DNA from: Blastocatellia bacterium
GTDB taxonomy: Bacteria > Acidobacteriota > Blastocatellia > RBC074
NCBI GenBank assembly: GCA_046155785.1
Contig: JBJXFR010000191.1
Coordinates: forward strand, 7,925-71,924
Direction: 5' to 3'
DNA: 64,000 nt
The notes under the pieces: generated by a model
Told to the model about the DNA's origin: nothing
The model's database searches: none
What the model saw: only the letters and a program-made list of their open reading frames with translations
Program-made: the position numbers and the translations under genes
Shown: positions 39,196-49,040 of the stretch, one piece after another
Numbering within the stretch: position 1 is the stretch's first letter
How the letters are laid out: each line of letters begins with the position of its first letter

Positions 39196-40758
39196 ATGGT
39201 TATGAAGGACTTCGCTTACGACAACAATGAATTGGTCGAACAGTGTCGCCGCTCGCGGCAACGCGCAATTCTGGTTTCGGTGGCGGCCTGTTTTTTGGCT
39301 GTCGGAGTCATTGTGGGCGCGCTGCTTACGCGCCAGCCAGCGCCGGTCAATGCGGGCGATAAAAAAGAAGTGAACTCCGAATTGGCTTCAGCCTTTGTCG
39401 AAGTCGCGCGATTGATTGAACCAGCGGTCGTCAACATTTCAACCGTCAGCAAACCGGTCAAACAGCAGACTCGTGATAATGAACTTTACTCGCTTCCCCG
39501 CCCGTCGCTGGGTTCGGCGAGGCCTTACGCAAACACCGAACAGGCTTTGCGCGGCAATGGTTCTGGAGTGATTGTTGATCCTCAAGGATTCATCCTGACC
39601 AATCGCCACGTCATTAACAGAGCGGATCGAATCATGGTTCGCCTGTCTGACGGAACCGAATTGCCCGGACGAGTTGTCGGCAGCGATGCCGAAGTGGATT
39701 TGGCCGTCGTCAAAGTCGAACCGGTTGCTCCATTGACGGCCATGCGGTTTGGCGATTCCGAAAAAATGCGCGTCGGCGATTGGGTCTTGGCCATCGGCTC
39801 CCCGTTCGGCTTGGATCAAACCGTGACGGCAGGAATCATCAGCGCCAAAGAACGGAACTCATCGGAGCTATACAAAAGAGTCGGCTTTCAATACTTCCTG
39901 CAAACGGACGCCGCGATCAATCGAGGCAATTCCGGCGGCCCGCTGGTGAACTTGTCCGGCGAATTGATAGGCATCAACTCCGCCATCGCCACCAGCACAG
40001 GAGATTACAACGGCATTTGCTTCGCGCTGCCTTCGCTGGAAGCCAAAGTCGTTTATCTGCAACTGGTCAAAAATGGACATGTCGTTCGTGGTTTTTTGGG
40101 AGCGATGACCGACCGGGTGACGCCGCAAATCGCCAAAATTTACAACCTGCCGGTCACTCGCGGGGCCATCGTCAGCAATATCAGCGAAACAATGTTGATT
40201 GGCGACCTCGCCGTTGAAAGCCCGGCGGCCAAAGCGGGTTTGAAGCTCAACGACATAGTTCTGGAATTTCGCGGCGAACGAATCAAGGATGATTCAGACC
40301 TGATTCGACAGGTTTCAACGACTCCGATTGGAGCTTCCGCCCCGATCAAGATTTTCCGCAACGGCAAGGAGATGACTTTGACTGTTGTCGTCGGCCAGCG
40401 ACCAGGTTCCGCAATGGCCGAAGCGATCAAGGCCGAGAAATCAAATGTAGAGGAATTACCGCGACAAAAAATAGGCATTTCAGTCCAAACGCTGCCGCCC
40501 AATCGAATCATCGAACGCGCCCTTGACAGGTTTTTAGGCGTCACCGTTGTCCACGTCGAAGCCGGAAGCATTTCTGACGATGCCGGACTGACGCTCAACG
40601 ATGTGATCGAAGCCATCAACCGGCAACCGGTCAAAAACACTGACGAATTCAAAGAAGTTCTTTCCAATGTGAATTCCGGCGAACCCGTTGTATTACAGGT
40701 TTACAGACAAAGCCTTTACCCGAATCCGCGAATCTTTATCTCGTTCAACAAGCCGTAA
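39196..40758 (+). CDS. HtrA/DegP family serine protease with two PDZ domains
   Basis: 520 aa with an N-terminal membrane anchor, a trypsin-like core (GNSGGPLVN) and two PDZ-like segments. Confidence 0.9.
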   Translation: MVMKDFAYDNNELVEQCRRSRQRAILVSVAACFLAVGVIVGALLTRQPAPVNAGDKKEVNSELASAFVEVARLIEPAVVNISTVSKPVKQQTRDNELYSLPRPSLGSARPYANTEQALRGNGSGVIVDPQGFILTNRHVINRADRIMVRLSDGTELPGRVVGSDAEVDLAVVKVEPVAPLTAMRFGDSEKMRVGDWVLAIGSPFGLDQTVTAGIISAKERNSSELYKRVGFQYFLQTDAAINRGNSGGPLVNLSGELIGINSAIATSTGDYNGICFALPSLEAKVVYLQLVKNGHVVRGFLGAMTDRVTPQIAKIYNLPVTRGAIVSNISETMLIGDLAVESPAAKAGLKLNDIVLEFRGERIKDDSDLIRQVSTTPIGASAPIKIFRNGKEMTLTVVVGQRPGSAMAEAIKAEKSNVEELPRQKIGISVQTLPPNRIIERALDRFLGVTVVHVEAGSISDDAGLTLNDVIEAINRQPVKNTDEFKEVLSNVNSGEPVVLQVYRQSLYPNPRIFISFNKP

Positions 40759-40848
40759 AACTCACCGGTTTGACGGCTTAAACCCACGCAGCCTAAAAAC
40801 TGCGAATTGTTGTTTACGACAATCCAATGCCCCGGAGGTCAACAAAAA

Positions 40849-41421
40849 ATGTTTTCACGCAAACTCTCCCAAGCGTTCACTTGCGCCCTGGCTCTTGCCA
40901 TTATGATAACAGCAACCGCTCTTTCAGTTGAAGCCAAAAGCAAAAAGAAAAAAGCCGTCGCTTCGGCCAAAGGCAAATCGTCTCAATCCGTTCGCAGCAG
41001 TTCCGCGCGGCGCGCCGTTGCCCGAAGAAGCAAACGCGGACGCCGAGTAGTGCGCGAGGCTAATTACCAACCCAATCCTTCGCCCGCCATCGTGCCTGAT
41101 CGCATTGAAGTGATGGAGTTCGGTTCGACAAATTCCTCTGATCTTTCCAGGTTGACGAGTCCGCCCCAATCGAACAGCAACAATTTAACGACCGATGTTG
41201 GAACGATCACTCCTTCTCGCCGCGTCAGCATTGACGCGATGCGCGTGATCCAGATTCAACAGGCTCTGGCCAGCAAAGGTTTTTACTCCGGCGAAACTTC
41301 CGGCAATTACGACGACGCGACCATTGACGCCATGCGCCGATTTCAATCCAGCAATAAAATCACCGCCACTGGATACCCAACTGCTCACGCGCTGAAGCGA
41401 CTGGGACTGGCAAGCTGGTAA
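40849..41421 (+). CDS. secreted peptidoglycan-binding (PG_binding_1) domain protein
   Basis: A signal peptide begins at ATG 40849, followed by a basic low-complexity region. The C-terminus reads IQIQQALASKGFYSGETSGNYDDATIDAMRRFQ. Confidence 0.7.
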   Translation: MFSRKLSQAFTCALALAIMITATALSVEAKSKKKKAVASAKGKSSQSVRSSSARRAVARRSKRGRRVVREANYQPNPSPAIVPDRIEVMEFGSTNSSDLSRLTSPPQSNSNNLTTDVGTITPSRRVSIDAMRVIQIQQALASKGFYSGETSGNYDDATIDAMRRFQSSNKITATGYPTAHALKRLGLASW

Positions 41422-41430
41422 GTCAGCGTA

Positions 41431-41476
41431 AAAATTTAAGTTCCCAATGTGGCGCGGGTTGGCCCCCCAAGACACA
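41431..41476. repeat. degenerate copy of the TTTAAGTTCCC...TGTG-CG-GGG hairpin family
   Basis: AAAATTTAAGTTCCCAATGTGGCGCGGGTT compares with AAAGTTTAAGTTCCCGGTGTGTCGAGGGTT at 37011-37040. Confidence 0.6.
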
Positions 41477-41494
41477 TCTGCCTGAGCTTTTTCA

Positions 41495-41546
41495 ATCGGT
41501 AGAAAGACGATTTAGGCCAGTCGCCTTTCTACCGATTTCTTCGTTT
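41495..41546 (+). terminator. 12-bp perfect hairpin plus T-rich tail
   Basis: ATCGGTAGAAAG (41495-41506) pairs with CTTTCTACCGAT (41525-41536), followed by TTCTTCGTTT. Confidence 0.6.
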
Positions 41547-41557
41547 AAGTCAGGCTC

Positions 41558-41586
41558 TTGATTTGCCAGCGCCCGCATTTGATAAT
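41558..41586 (+). promoter_or_regulatory. sigma70-like promoter upstream of the ECF sigma gene
   Basis: TTGATT (41558-41563), a 17-nt spacer, then GATAAT (41581-41586). Confidence 0.4.
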
Positions 41587-41791
41587 CGCCCCGGTCGCAA
41601 TCGTAGACCTCAATTAAGCCAGCGGTTCAACAATTCCTTCACAGTCCGACAGCTTTACAACCAGATGGAATATCGAGTTGCGCTCCGCGCAAACTGCAAA
41701 GCCTGTTGAATTCGCCGGTCAGTGTTTTAAATGCTTTGGCGGCGCGCGTTTTTTAAGTTCCGCGTTCGCCCGTTACCTTACCGAACCCCTG

Positions 41792-42361
41792 ATGCGTACT
41801 ACCTGGCAACCTACGACGGAGGATTTCAAGCTATTTCTTCGCTGGCTGGATCAAGACGAAGAACAAGCCCCTCTGCGTTATGAAAACATTCGCCGGAATT
41901 TGATCGCTATCTTCAACCGCAGAGGCTGTCACTGCTCAGAAGAACTGGCCGACGAAACTTTCAATCGAGTCATGCGGCGTTTGCCGGGCATGATTGACAC
42001 CTATGTCGGCGAACCCGCGCGTTACATCATCGTCGTTGCTCGCAACCTGCACTTGGAATACGTCAAAGAGTCGGATCGGTTGGAACCATTGCCCGACCAC
42101 GATCACACAGACCTTTCTGTGGAAGCCTCAGACGAAAACAAAGAAGAGGAATTCGGATGTCTGGAACATTGCCTGAAGCAATTGACTCCACCGAATCGAA
42201 AGCTGGTCATTGGGTACTACCACGAAACCAAACGCGCCAAAATTGACCATCGCAAAGAGATGGCCGACAAGATGGGCATTGGGATGAACGCCTTGCGAAT
42301 TCGCGCCCATCGCATCCGAGCCTCGCTGGAAGAATGCTTGAAACGCTGCCTGAGATATTGA
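41792..42361 (+). CDS. ECF-type RNA polymerase sigma factor
   Basis: A region 2-like segment (ADETFNRVMRRL...ARYIIVVARNLHLEY) and a region 4 HTH (EMADKMGIGMNALRIRAHRIRASL) are present. I chose ATG 41792; an upstream TTG at 41678 is possible. Confidence 0.7.
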   Translation: MRTTWQPTTEDFKLFLRWLDQDEEQAPLRYENIRRNLIAIFNRRGCHCSEELADETFNRVMRRLPGMIDTYVGEPARYIIVVARNLHLEYVKESDRLEPLPDHDHTDLSVEASDENKEEEFGCLEHCLKQLTPPNRKLVIGYYHETKRAKIDHRKEMADKMGIGMNALRIRAHRIRASLEECLKRCLRY

Positions 42362-42443
42362 TTTTGCAGGCGAAACACTTTTTCCCATCGCTCCTTAGAA
42401 AACCAGCAGAACATTCCAATCCAAGAAAGGGGCTGAGTATGAA

Positions 42444-43448
42444 ATGAACCAAAAAGCTGTAGAAATGGACACGCAATTACGTCGCTATCTGCTCGATGAA
42501 TTGCCAGCCAACGAACAACAATCAATCGAAGAACGTTTGCTGGTGGACAACGAGTATCTGGAACAAATGTTAATCGTCGAAGAAGACCTGATAGACGATT
42601 ACACCGCCAACAAATTATCCCCCCAACAAACGGCCAGCTACCAAAAACTCTTTTTGGCTTCCCCCGAAGGCGGCCAGAAACTGCAAGTCACACAGGTTCT
42701 AAAAAAACATTTGACCCAATTCGCACCCGAACCTGAGCGCCAATTGACGCTTGTGGAACGGATTCAAACAGCGTTCGCCCGACTGTTCACTGTTCCGGTA
42801 TTGGCGGCAACCGCCGCAGTATTCGTAATTGGGCTTAGCGTCTTGAGCTGGCGAGCATTTTTCCAATCCGATTTGAGAAAAGGCATGACGGCTTTGCAAG
42901 TCGCTTACCGTGAACAGCGCCCATTGGAAGCCCGCATCAGCGGATTCCAGCACGCCAGTTTCTCAAACTCCGCCCAACTCCCCAGTCAATCCAGCGCCAA
43001 GTTGAAAGTCGCCGACAAAGCCTTTCATAACTTAATGGATGACAAAAAGACCGCCTCGTCTTTGCATGAATTGGGCAAATACCTGCTGACTCAAAAGAAA
43101 TTTGACGAGGCGATTAAGAACCTGGAAGAAGCAGTTAAAACCAATTCCAAAAACGCCGCCATTCACACCGATTTGGCTGTAGCTTTTTTGGAACGAGGCA
43201 AACTGGCGCATCCGGAAGCGTCTCAATCCGATTTCGAGAGTTGCCACAAACATCTGGATCACGCTCTGGCTCAAAACCCGTCTTCACCCGAAGCCTTGTT
43301 CAATCTGGCGCTGCTCCAACACACCACGAAATCCTGGAAAGACGCCGAAGCAAGCTGGCAACGTTTTTTAGCAATCGAGCCTAATACGAAATGGGCTGAA
43401 GAAGCCAAGCGCTATTTGAACCTGGCTATAGACGCGCAGAAACACTGA
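42444..43448 (+). CDS. anti-sigma factor-like membrane protein with C-terminal TPR domain
   Basis: The N-terminus LRRYLLDELPANEQQSIEERLLVDNEY...EEDLIDDY is typical of ECF partner proteins. It has a single TM helix and TPR repeats. Confidence 0.6.
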   Translation: MNQKAVEMDTQLRRYLLDELPANEQQSIEERLLVDNEYLEQMLIVEEDLIDDYTANKLSPQQTASYQKLFLASPEGGQKLQVTQVLKKHLTQFAPEPERQLTLVERIQTAFARLFTVPVLAATAAVFVIGLSVLSWRAFFQSDLRKGMTALQVAYREQRPLEARISGFQHASFSNSAQLPSQSSAKLKVADKAFHNLMDDKKTASSLHELGKYLLTQKKFDEAIKNLEEAVKTNSKNAAIHTDLAVAFLERGKLAHPEASQSDFESCHKHLDHALAQNPSSPEALFNLALLQHTTKSWKDAEASWQRFLAIEPNTKWAEEAKRYLNLAIDAQKH

Positions 43449-43470
43449 ATCCCTGTTTATTGCTTGTCGC

Positions 43471-43524
43471 AAAAAAAGGCGGCGGCGTCCGATTGATTGA
43501 ATCGAACGCCGCCGCCTTTTTTTT
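43471..43524. terminator. bidirectional rho-independent terminator
   Basis: AAAAAAA-GGCGGCGGCGT-loop-ACGCCGCCGCC-TTTTTTTT lies between convergent genes. Confidence 0.8.
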
Positions 43525-43535
43525 GCCCCAGGCGC

Positions 43536-44033
43536 TTACTCCAGATAAGGCTCGTTGCTATCGGAAGGCCGAGCCGACAGGTTGTTTCTCATAATGATTC
43601 GGGCGCAAGCGTTCCAGCGCAAAATCGAATCGTCATTGCCTTCGGGGCGACAAGCTTCAGCTTTTTCAAAATGGCTCATGGCTTCGCGCAGGTATTCATA
43701 AGCGTCATGGCCTGAGCCGGGACCGCCCTGACTCAGCCGAGCTTTCGCCTGGCGTTCGCAGATGATTCCGGCGTAATAAGCTCGCTGGTAATCGTCTTTG
43801 ATGCGCGGCAAAACGTCTTTTGCCTGACTGACCCCACTGCCATAACCTTTGGTAAAGCGATCCGTCAGCGCCAGCAACAGAGTCACCAACGCTTGTTGGT
43901 TTGCCGACTCTACTTCCAGAACGTCCAGACAAATGCTTTCGGCCTCGCCCGGTTCGTTCAGCAAGCGGTAATGCTGAGCTTTTTCCAGCGCCTGATTCAG
44001 CGCGTCTTTGTGAATTGGCTTTAGCTCGAACAC
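43536..44033 (-). CDS. hypothetical helical (TPR-like) protein
   Basis: 165-aa ORF with protein-like composition. I could not name a family. Confidence 0.55.
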   Translation of the reverse strand: MFELKPIHKDALNQALEKAQHYRLLNEPGEAESICLDVLEVESANQQALVTLLLALTDRFTKGYGSGVSQAKDVLPRIKDDYQRAYYAGIICERQAKARLSQGGPGSGHDAYEYLREAMSHFEKAEACRPEGNDDSILRWNACARIIMRNNLSARPSDSNEPYLE

Positions 44034-44061
44034 GAATTCTCTCCAAATGGAATCAAATGGT

Positions 44062-44141
44062 TCACGCCAAGCCGCGCGAAGTCGCCAAGAAAAAAAAAGT
44101 CACATTCTGACCTTTCTTTGCGTCTTTGCGGCTTGGCGTGA
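44062..44141. repeat. module C-type palindromic element
   Basis: TCACGCCAAGCCGCGCGAAGTCGCCAAGAAA pairs imperfectly with TTTCTTTGCGTCTTTGCGGCTTGGCGTGA. It lies downstream of sdhB. Confidence 0.7.
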
Positions 44142-44158
44142 GAGACCAAATTGAACAC

Positions 44159-44899
44159 TTACTTCTTGCCTTTACCGGTCAGCTTGCGAATTACCCACAT
44201 AACCGGATCGTAATGATCGTCCACCACGCGCTCTTTCATCGGAATGATGGCGTTGTCGGTGATGTGAATGTCTTCCGGGCAGACTTCGGTGCAGCACTTG
44301 GTGATGTTGCAGAAACCAAGCCCCAACTCATCCTTGAGCAAATCCGTCCGTGAAAGGCTGTCCAGCGGATGCATGTCCAACCCGGCGACGCGAACGAAAA
44401 AGCGCGGGCCGCCGAATTCTTCGGTCTTCTGGTGGTCGCGCAACACGTGGCAGACGTTCTGGCAAAGAAAGCATTCAATGCACTTGCGGAATTCCTGCAC
44501 ACGATCAATGTCGTCCTGCTGCATGCGCCAGTCAGTGTTTTCCTTCGGCGTGAAGGCCGGAATCTTTTTGTTGATCCGGTAATTCAGCGAAACGTCAGTT
44601 ACCAAATCTTTGATGATCGGAAAGGTCTTCAGCGGATTGACGACGATCGGTTGATCCAGCGGCAGCGCGTCCATTCTGGTTTTGCAGGTCAGACGCGGAC
44701 GGCCATTAACTTCGGCGGAACACGAACCGCACTTGGCGGCTTTGCAATTCCAGCGCACAGCCAGATCAGGAGCCTGATGACCCTGAATGTAATGCAGCGC
44801 GTCCAGCACAACCATTCCGGGAGCTACTGGAACCTGGAAATCCTGGTGCCCGCCGCCATCCTTATCGCCGCGATAAACTCTCAAAGTAGCTTCAGCCAT
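44159..44899 (-). CDS. sdhB: succinate dehydrogenase/fumarate reductase iron-sulfur subunit (operon 1)
   Basis: 246 aa with 2Fe-2S (CKAAKCGSCS) and 4Fe-4S/3Fe-4S cysteine clusters. Confidence 0.9.
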   Translation of the reverse strand: MAEATLRVYRGDKDGGGHQDFQVPVAPGMVVLDALHYIQGHQAPDLAVRWNCKAAKCGSCSAEVNGRPRLTCKTRMDALPLDQPIVVNPLKTFPIIKDLVTDVSLNYRINKKIPAFTPKENTDWRMQQDDIDRVQEFRKCIECFLCQNVCHVLRDHQKTEEFGGPRFFVRVAGLDMHPLDSLSRTDLLKDELGLGFCNITKCCTEVCPEDIHITDNAIIPMKERVVDDHYDPVMWVIRKLTGKGKK

Positions 44900-46627
44900 T
44901 TATTGATCCTCCGCCAAGACTTGTTTCAATTCTTCAGGCATTTCCATCAACGGACGCTGGCTCAGGTTCAAGCTGCCATCGTCATTGCGCTTGATAATGT
45001 TGTGCTGTTTGCCCCAGACGGCATCGTCCAGCTTTTCAAAATCCACGCGAGCGTGAGCGCCACGGCTTTCTTTGCGTTCGCGCGCCGACAAAGCGACGGC
45101 TTCTGAAACGATAAGCATGTTTTTCAGGTCGTGCTCCAAATGCCAGCCGGGGTTGAACATACGCGAACCGTCCACGCGGACTTTCTTCGCGCGTTCCTTG
45201 AACTGTTCGATGTTGTCCAGGCCTTTGGTCATGTCTTCCTGGTTGCGGAAGATGCCCACCAAATCCTGCATTGACTCCTGCAAGTCACGATGCACGTCGT
45301 AAGGCGATTCGCCCGAAGTTCGCTCGAACGGTTCCAGCATTTCGCGCGCGGCGGCTTCGATTTGATCGTTTCCGACAGAAGATGCGCCAGCGCCATTCGC
45401 GTATTGAGCCGCAGCCATTCCAGCTCTGCGACCAAAAACCAGCAAGTCGGACAGCGAATTTCCGCCCAGCCGATTTCCGCCGTGCAAACCGGCGGCAGCT
45501 TCACCGGCGGCGTAAAGTCCTTTGACAGTGGCCGCGCCGGTTTCGGCTTCAACGTTGATTCCGCCCATGACGTAATGGCAGGTCGGGCCGACTTCCATCG
45601 GGCCTTTGGTGATGTCAACGTCGGCCAGTTCCTTGAACTGGTGATACATGCTCGGCAGCTTTTTCTTCACGTAATCGCCAGGTTTGTGCGAAATGTCCAA
45701 GTAAGCGCCGCCGTGTTCAGAACCGCGCCCTTCGCGAACTTCGGTGTAAATCGAACGCGCCACCACGTCGCGAGTCGAAAGCTCCATGCGTTTCGGGTCG
45801 TACTTTTCCATGAAGCGTTCGCCGTTTTTATTGCGAAGGATTCCGCCTTCGCCGCGCACAGCTTCAGTCACCAAAATGCCTTGCACGCCCGGCGGCCAAA
45901 CCATTCCTGTCGGATGGAATTGGACAAACTCCATGTCTTTCAATTCGGCTCCGGCTTCAAAAGCCAGCGATTGGCCGTCGCCCGTGTACTCCCACGAATT
46001 GGAAGTCACGCGCCAGGCTTTGCCTATGCCGCCGGTGCAAATGACCACGGCTTTGGCTTTGAAAACGACGAAGCGCCCGGTTTCTCGCCAATAAGCGAAA
46101 GCTCCAACCACGCGGTCGCCGTCTTTCAGCAACCGGGTGACGGTGCATTCCATGTAAACGTCAACGCCCTGCTGGACTCCACGATCCTGCAAGGTGCGGA
46201 TCATTTCCAGACCGGTGCGGTCGCCGACGTGAGCCAGACGTTTGTAAGTGTGGCCGCCGAAAGCGCGTTGCAGAATTTTGCCGTCGGGAGTGCGATCAAA
46301 CAGCGCGCCCCATTTTTCCAGTTCCAGCACTCTGTCGGGAGCTTCCTGAGCGTGAAGCTGAGCCATGCGCCAGTTGTTCATGAATTTGCCGCCGCGCATA
46401 GTGTCGCGGAAGTGCGGCTTCCAACCGTCGGCGGCGTCAACGTTGGCCATCGCCGCGGCGACTCCGCCTTCGGCCATAACCGTGTGAGCTTTGCCGAGCA
46501 AGGATTTGCAGACGACTCCGACTGAAGCTCCCTGATTCAGGGCTTCAATCGAAGCGCGCAATCCTGCTCCGCCCGCGCCGATGATGAGCACATCGTGTTC
46601 GTGAGTTTCGTATTTTTCGTTTGCCAT
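44900..46627 (-). CDS. sdhA: succinate dehydrogenase/fumarate reductase flavoprotein subunit (operon 1)
   Basis: 575 aa with DVLIIGAGGAGLRA, an FAD-linkage His region (KAHTVMAEGG) and HPTG. Confidence 0.92.
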   Translation of the reverse strand: MANEKYETHEHDVLIIGAGGAGLRASIEALNQGASVGVVCKSLLGKAHTVMAEGGVAAAMANVDAADGWKPHFRDTMRGGKFMNNWRMAQLHAQEAPDRVLELEKWGALFDRTPDGKILQRAFGGHTYKRLAHVGDRTGLEMIRTLQDRGVQQGVDVYMECTVTRLLKDGDRVVGAFAYWRETGRFVVFKAKAVVICTGGIGKAWRVTSNSWEYTGDGQSLAFEAGAELKDMEFVQFHPTGMVWPPGVQGILVTEAVRGEGGILRNKNGERFMEKYDPKRMELSTRDVVARSIYTEVREGRGSEHGGAYLDISHKPGDYVKKKLPSMYHQFKELADVDITKGPMEVGPTCHYVMGGINVEAETGAATVKGLYAAGEAAAGLHGGNRLGGNSLSDLLVFGRRAGMAAAQYANGAGASSVGNDQIEAAAREMLEPFERTSGESPYDVHRDLQESMQDLVGIFRNQEDMTKGLDNIEQFKERAKKVRVDGSRMFNPGWHLEHDLKNMLIVSEAVALSARERKESRGAHARVDFEKLDDAVWGKQHNIIKRNDDGSLNLSQRPLMEMPEELKQVLAEDQ

Positions 46628-46649
46628 GATTGTTAAGAAGTGTCGTTCC

Positions 46650-46713
46650 TGACCGCTTGCTTACGCGCGCGATACCGATCCGGATCAGCGCCGCGCGCGT
46701 AAGTAAGCGGTCA
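46650..46713. repeat. 22-bp inverted repeat in the sdhC-sdhA spacer
   Basis: TGACCGCTTGCTTACGCGCGCG (46650-46671) pairs with CGCGCGCGTAAGTAAGCGGTCA (46692-46713) with 1 mismatch. The arm sequence recurs at 56580-56600. Confidence 0.85.
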
Positions 46714-46722
46714 GGTGATTGG

Positions 46723-47487
46723 CTAAAACAGTCTCAAATCGGTAATCGTGCCTTCGCACAGCAGTTTGATGTAGAGGTCAGTCAAACCGACAGACACCAA
46801 ACTCGCCCAGGCGAAAAGCATGTGGCGTTCATTCAGGATGCTGACGCCTTTCCATGCTTTGTGGCGCGCGCCGCCAGCGACTTCGCAGGAAAAACAATCC
46901 AGCTTGCCGCCTATGATGTGCCGCAGCGAATGGCAGGAAAAGGTGTAACAACTCAGCAAAACAACATTCACCGTCATCACCAGCGAACCGACGCCTACGC
47001 CGAAACCGTCAGCAAAGAAAAACGCTTTGACAGCGTCGTAAGCCAGAATGATGATGAACAGAATCGCCAGGTACAGAAAGTACCGATGCAGGTTTTGCAG
47101 AATGAATGGGAACTTGCGTTCGCCGGAATACTTTCCGGCTCCAACGCCAGTCACAGCGCACGAAGGCGGAGAAAGAAAGAACGCCCGGTAATAAGCTTTG
47201 CGGTAGTAATAGCAGGTTGTTCGGAAGCCCAGCGGCGCGCCCAGAATCAACAACGCAGGCGACAACCAGGCTGGCAACCAGTGATGTTCGGCGTCAATCA
47301 GCGGCGAATAAAACGGCGACAGGTAAGGGCCGAATTCGTAGCTCACGCCTTGAAAGGCTCGCCATGTCGCGTAGATGCCGAAGCCGCCGAAAACGATGAT
47401 TACCGGAAACACTTCCAGCCACCACGAATCGCGCCTGAAAGTGGCGCCGAAGCGTCTGTTTTGTAAGTCAGTCCGAGATTCAGCCAT
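46723..47487 (-). CDS. complex II membrane anchor subunit, non-b558 type (operon 1)
   Basis: 254 aa with about 5 helices. It sits directly upstream of sdhA/sdhB. It contains the cluster FSCHSLRHIIGGKLDCFSC. Confidence 0.65.
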   Translation of the reverse strand: MAESRTDLQNRRFGATFRRDSWWLEVFPVIIVFGGFGIYATWRAFQGVSYEFGPYLSPFYSPLIDAEHHWLPAWLSPALLILGAPLGFRTTCYYYRKAYYRAFFLSPPSCAVTGVGAGKYSGERKFPFILQNLHRYFLYLAILFIIILAYDAVKAFFFADGFGVGVGSLVMTVNVVLLSCYTFSCHSLRHIIGGKLDCFSCEVAGGARHKAWKGVSILNERHMLFAWASLVSVGLTDLYIKLLCEGTITDLRLF

Positions 47488-47580
47488 TTCGATCTGGCAG
47501 CAATTGTCCGTAGCCTAATTGCCGCCATATCTCCTTTCTAAGATGGTCTAAGTTGTTATTGAAGCCTGAGACTCAGATCG

Positions 47581-48714
47581 TCAGCAGCCTTTGCAAGTCA
47601 TTGTCTGACCACCAGAGTTGTTCTTGGTTACCTGCACCCAATCCGACAAAGTGACGCTGGAGCCGTCGGTCGTGTAGAAAAAGAATGTGATTACATTGTT
47701 GGTGGCTTCGACCAGCATCGCACCGTACATCCCGGTAATGTATTCCTCTTTGCCAAAATCGCTGCCCAGCTTGCTACACTTTTTCTTTAGCTCGGTGCCG
47801 CCGGCTCCGTTGGTGATGTACGGATGATCCTTGAAACTATTCTTCGAAAATCGTTGATAAATATGTTTGTGCCCAGTCAGCACAGCGTTCGTTCCTAAGT
47901 TTTCAAAGTCCCACTGCATCCACGTTGAGTTGTCGCTGTCGTTGTTGCAGGCATAAGGGGCGTGATGAAAATAGGCGATTTTCCAGGGTTCGGTGGCAGA
48001 GCCAACTGCTGCCTTGTACCAGTTGTATTGAACCGAGCCGACCGTTGCTCCGTCAGGTTCAAAGGTTGCAGTGCTGCGAGTCAGTTTGCAGTTGCCTTCA
48101 TAAGCTTGCGGGTCTTCGCTGTCTATCGCAAACAAATGAACCGGCGAAATTTGATTGTCGCGCGTCTTCCAGGTCAGGTCGTAATAACGCTGATTGGGTT
48201 GAGTACCGCTGTTGTTGACTGGTAACCCGGTAAAGAACTGTAGGTAAGCCGTCGCGTTCGCCGAGTACCATTCGTGATTGCCAGGCGCGGGAAAAAAAGC
48301 ATTCGTTTTGTTATCGGTAGCCTTTCCCGTGCAAGGTGTGGGTTTAGCGCCAGGATTGTAAATGTAATCGCAATAAGGTTGGCTGTTGGCAAATATGGTG
48401 TCGGCTTTTCCACAAGGATAGTTGTTGTCGCCGACAGTGATGATGAACTGTGCATCCCAACCAAGAACCATCTTGGCTACGTTCTGTTCTGGGCTGCCGT
48501 CATCGTTCGATTGATCGCCAAAATCGCCGAGCACGGCAAAGCGCACACAGCCTTGGGCATTTTTATCACAAGAAGGGCTGGGAACAGACGGAGCATTCGG
48601 AGAAGGCGCAACTGCGGTTTCGACCACAGGCGCAGATTTGTTATTGCAAGCCGCAGAGATGGCCAAAACAACCGCCGCTGTAATCACAACGATAAATGCC
48701 TTTTTGCTGCTCAT
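47581..48714 (-). CDS. metallophosphoesterase (calcineurin-like), probable lipoprotein
   Basis: Motifs are FAVLGDFGD, VGDNNYP, GNHEW and GHKHIY. The N-terminus is MSSKKAFIVVITAAVVLAISAAC. Confidence 0.8.
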   Translation of the reverse strand: MSSKKAFIVVITAAVVLAISAACNNKSAPVVETAVAPSPNAPSVPSPSCDKNAQGCVRFAVLGDFGDQSNDDGSPEQNVAKMVLGWDAQFIITVGDNNYPCGKADTIFANSQPYCDYIYNPGAKPTPCTGKATDNKTNAFFPAPGNHEWYSANATAYLQFFTGLPVNNSGTQPNQRYYDLTWKTRDNQISPVHLFAIDSEDPQAYEGNCKLTRSTATFEPDGATVGSVQYNWYKAAVGSATEPWKIAYFHHAPYACNNDSDNSTWMQWDFENLGTNAVLTGHKHIYQRFSKNSFKDHPYITNGAGGTELKKKCSKLGSDFGKEEYITGMYGAMLVEATNNVITFFFYTTDGSSVTLSDWVQVTKNNSGGQTMTCKGC

Positions 48715-49040
48715 CGAAAATCGCCTCAACGCAAGTAAACCTAGCCGCTGGCCGGTAAAGCAGCCTTTTAAGGACTTGCACCCAGGCGACAGAACTTGCG
48801 AATTGTCCGAATTGATTTACAACTGATTTCGCGCTCGGCTGGAAATCGGCGCCAAGCCCAAGAGTGTCAGGAACGCGGCGTAGTCTACGCATAGAGCCGA
48901 CAACCGTCAACGCACATGCCCAACTTTAAGACGAATAAACTAGCCTGTTTACAGATTAGGTTTCGGCTGATATTTTTCATCGCCTTAACTCCTTTTACAA
49001 CCAAGACAAACAAAATTTACCCAAATTGATTGGAGGCAAG

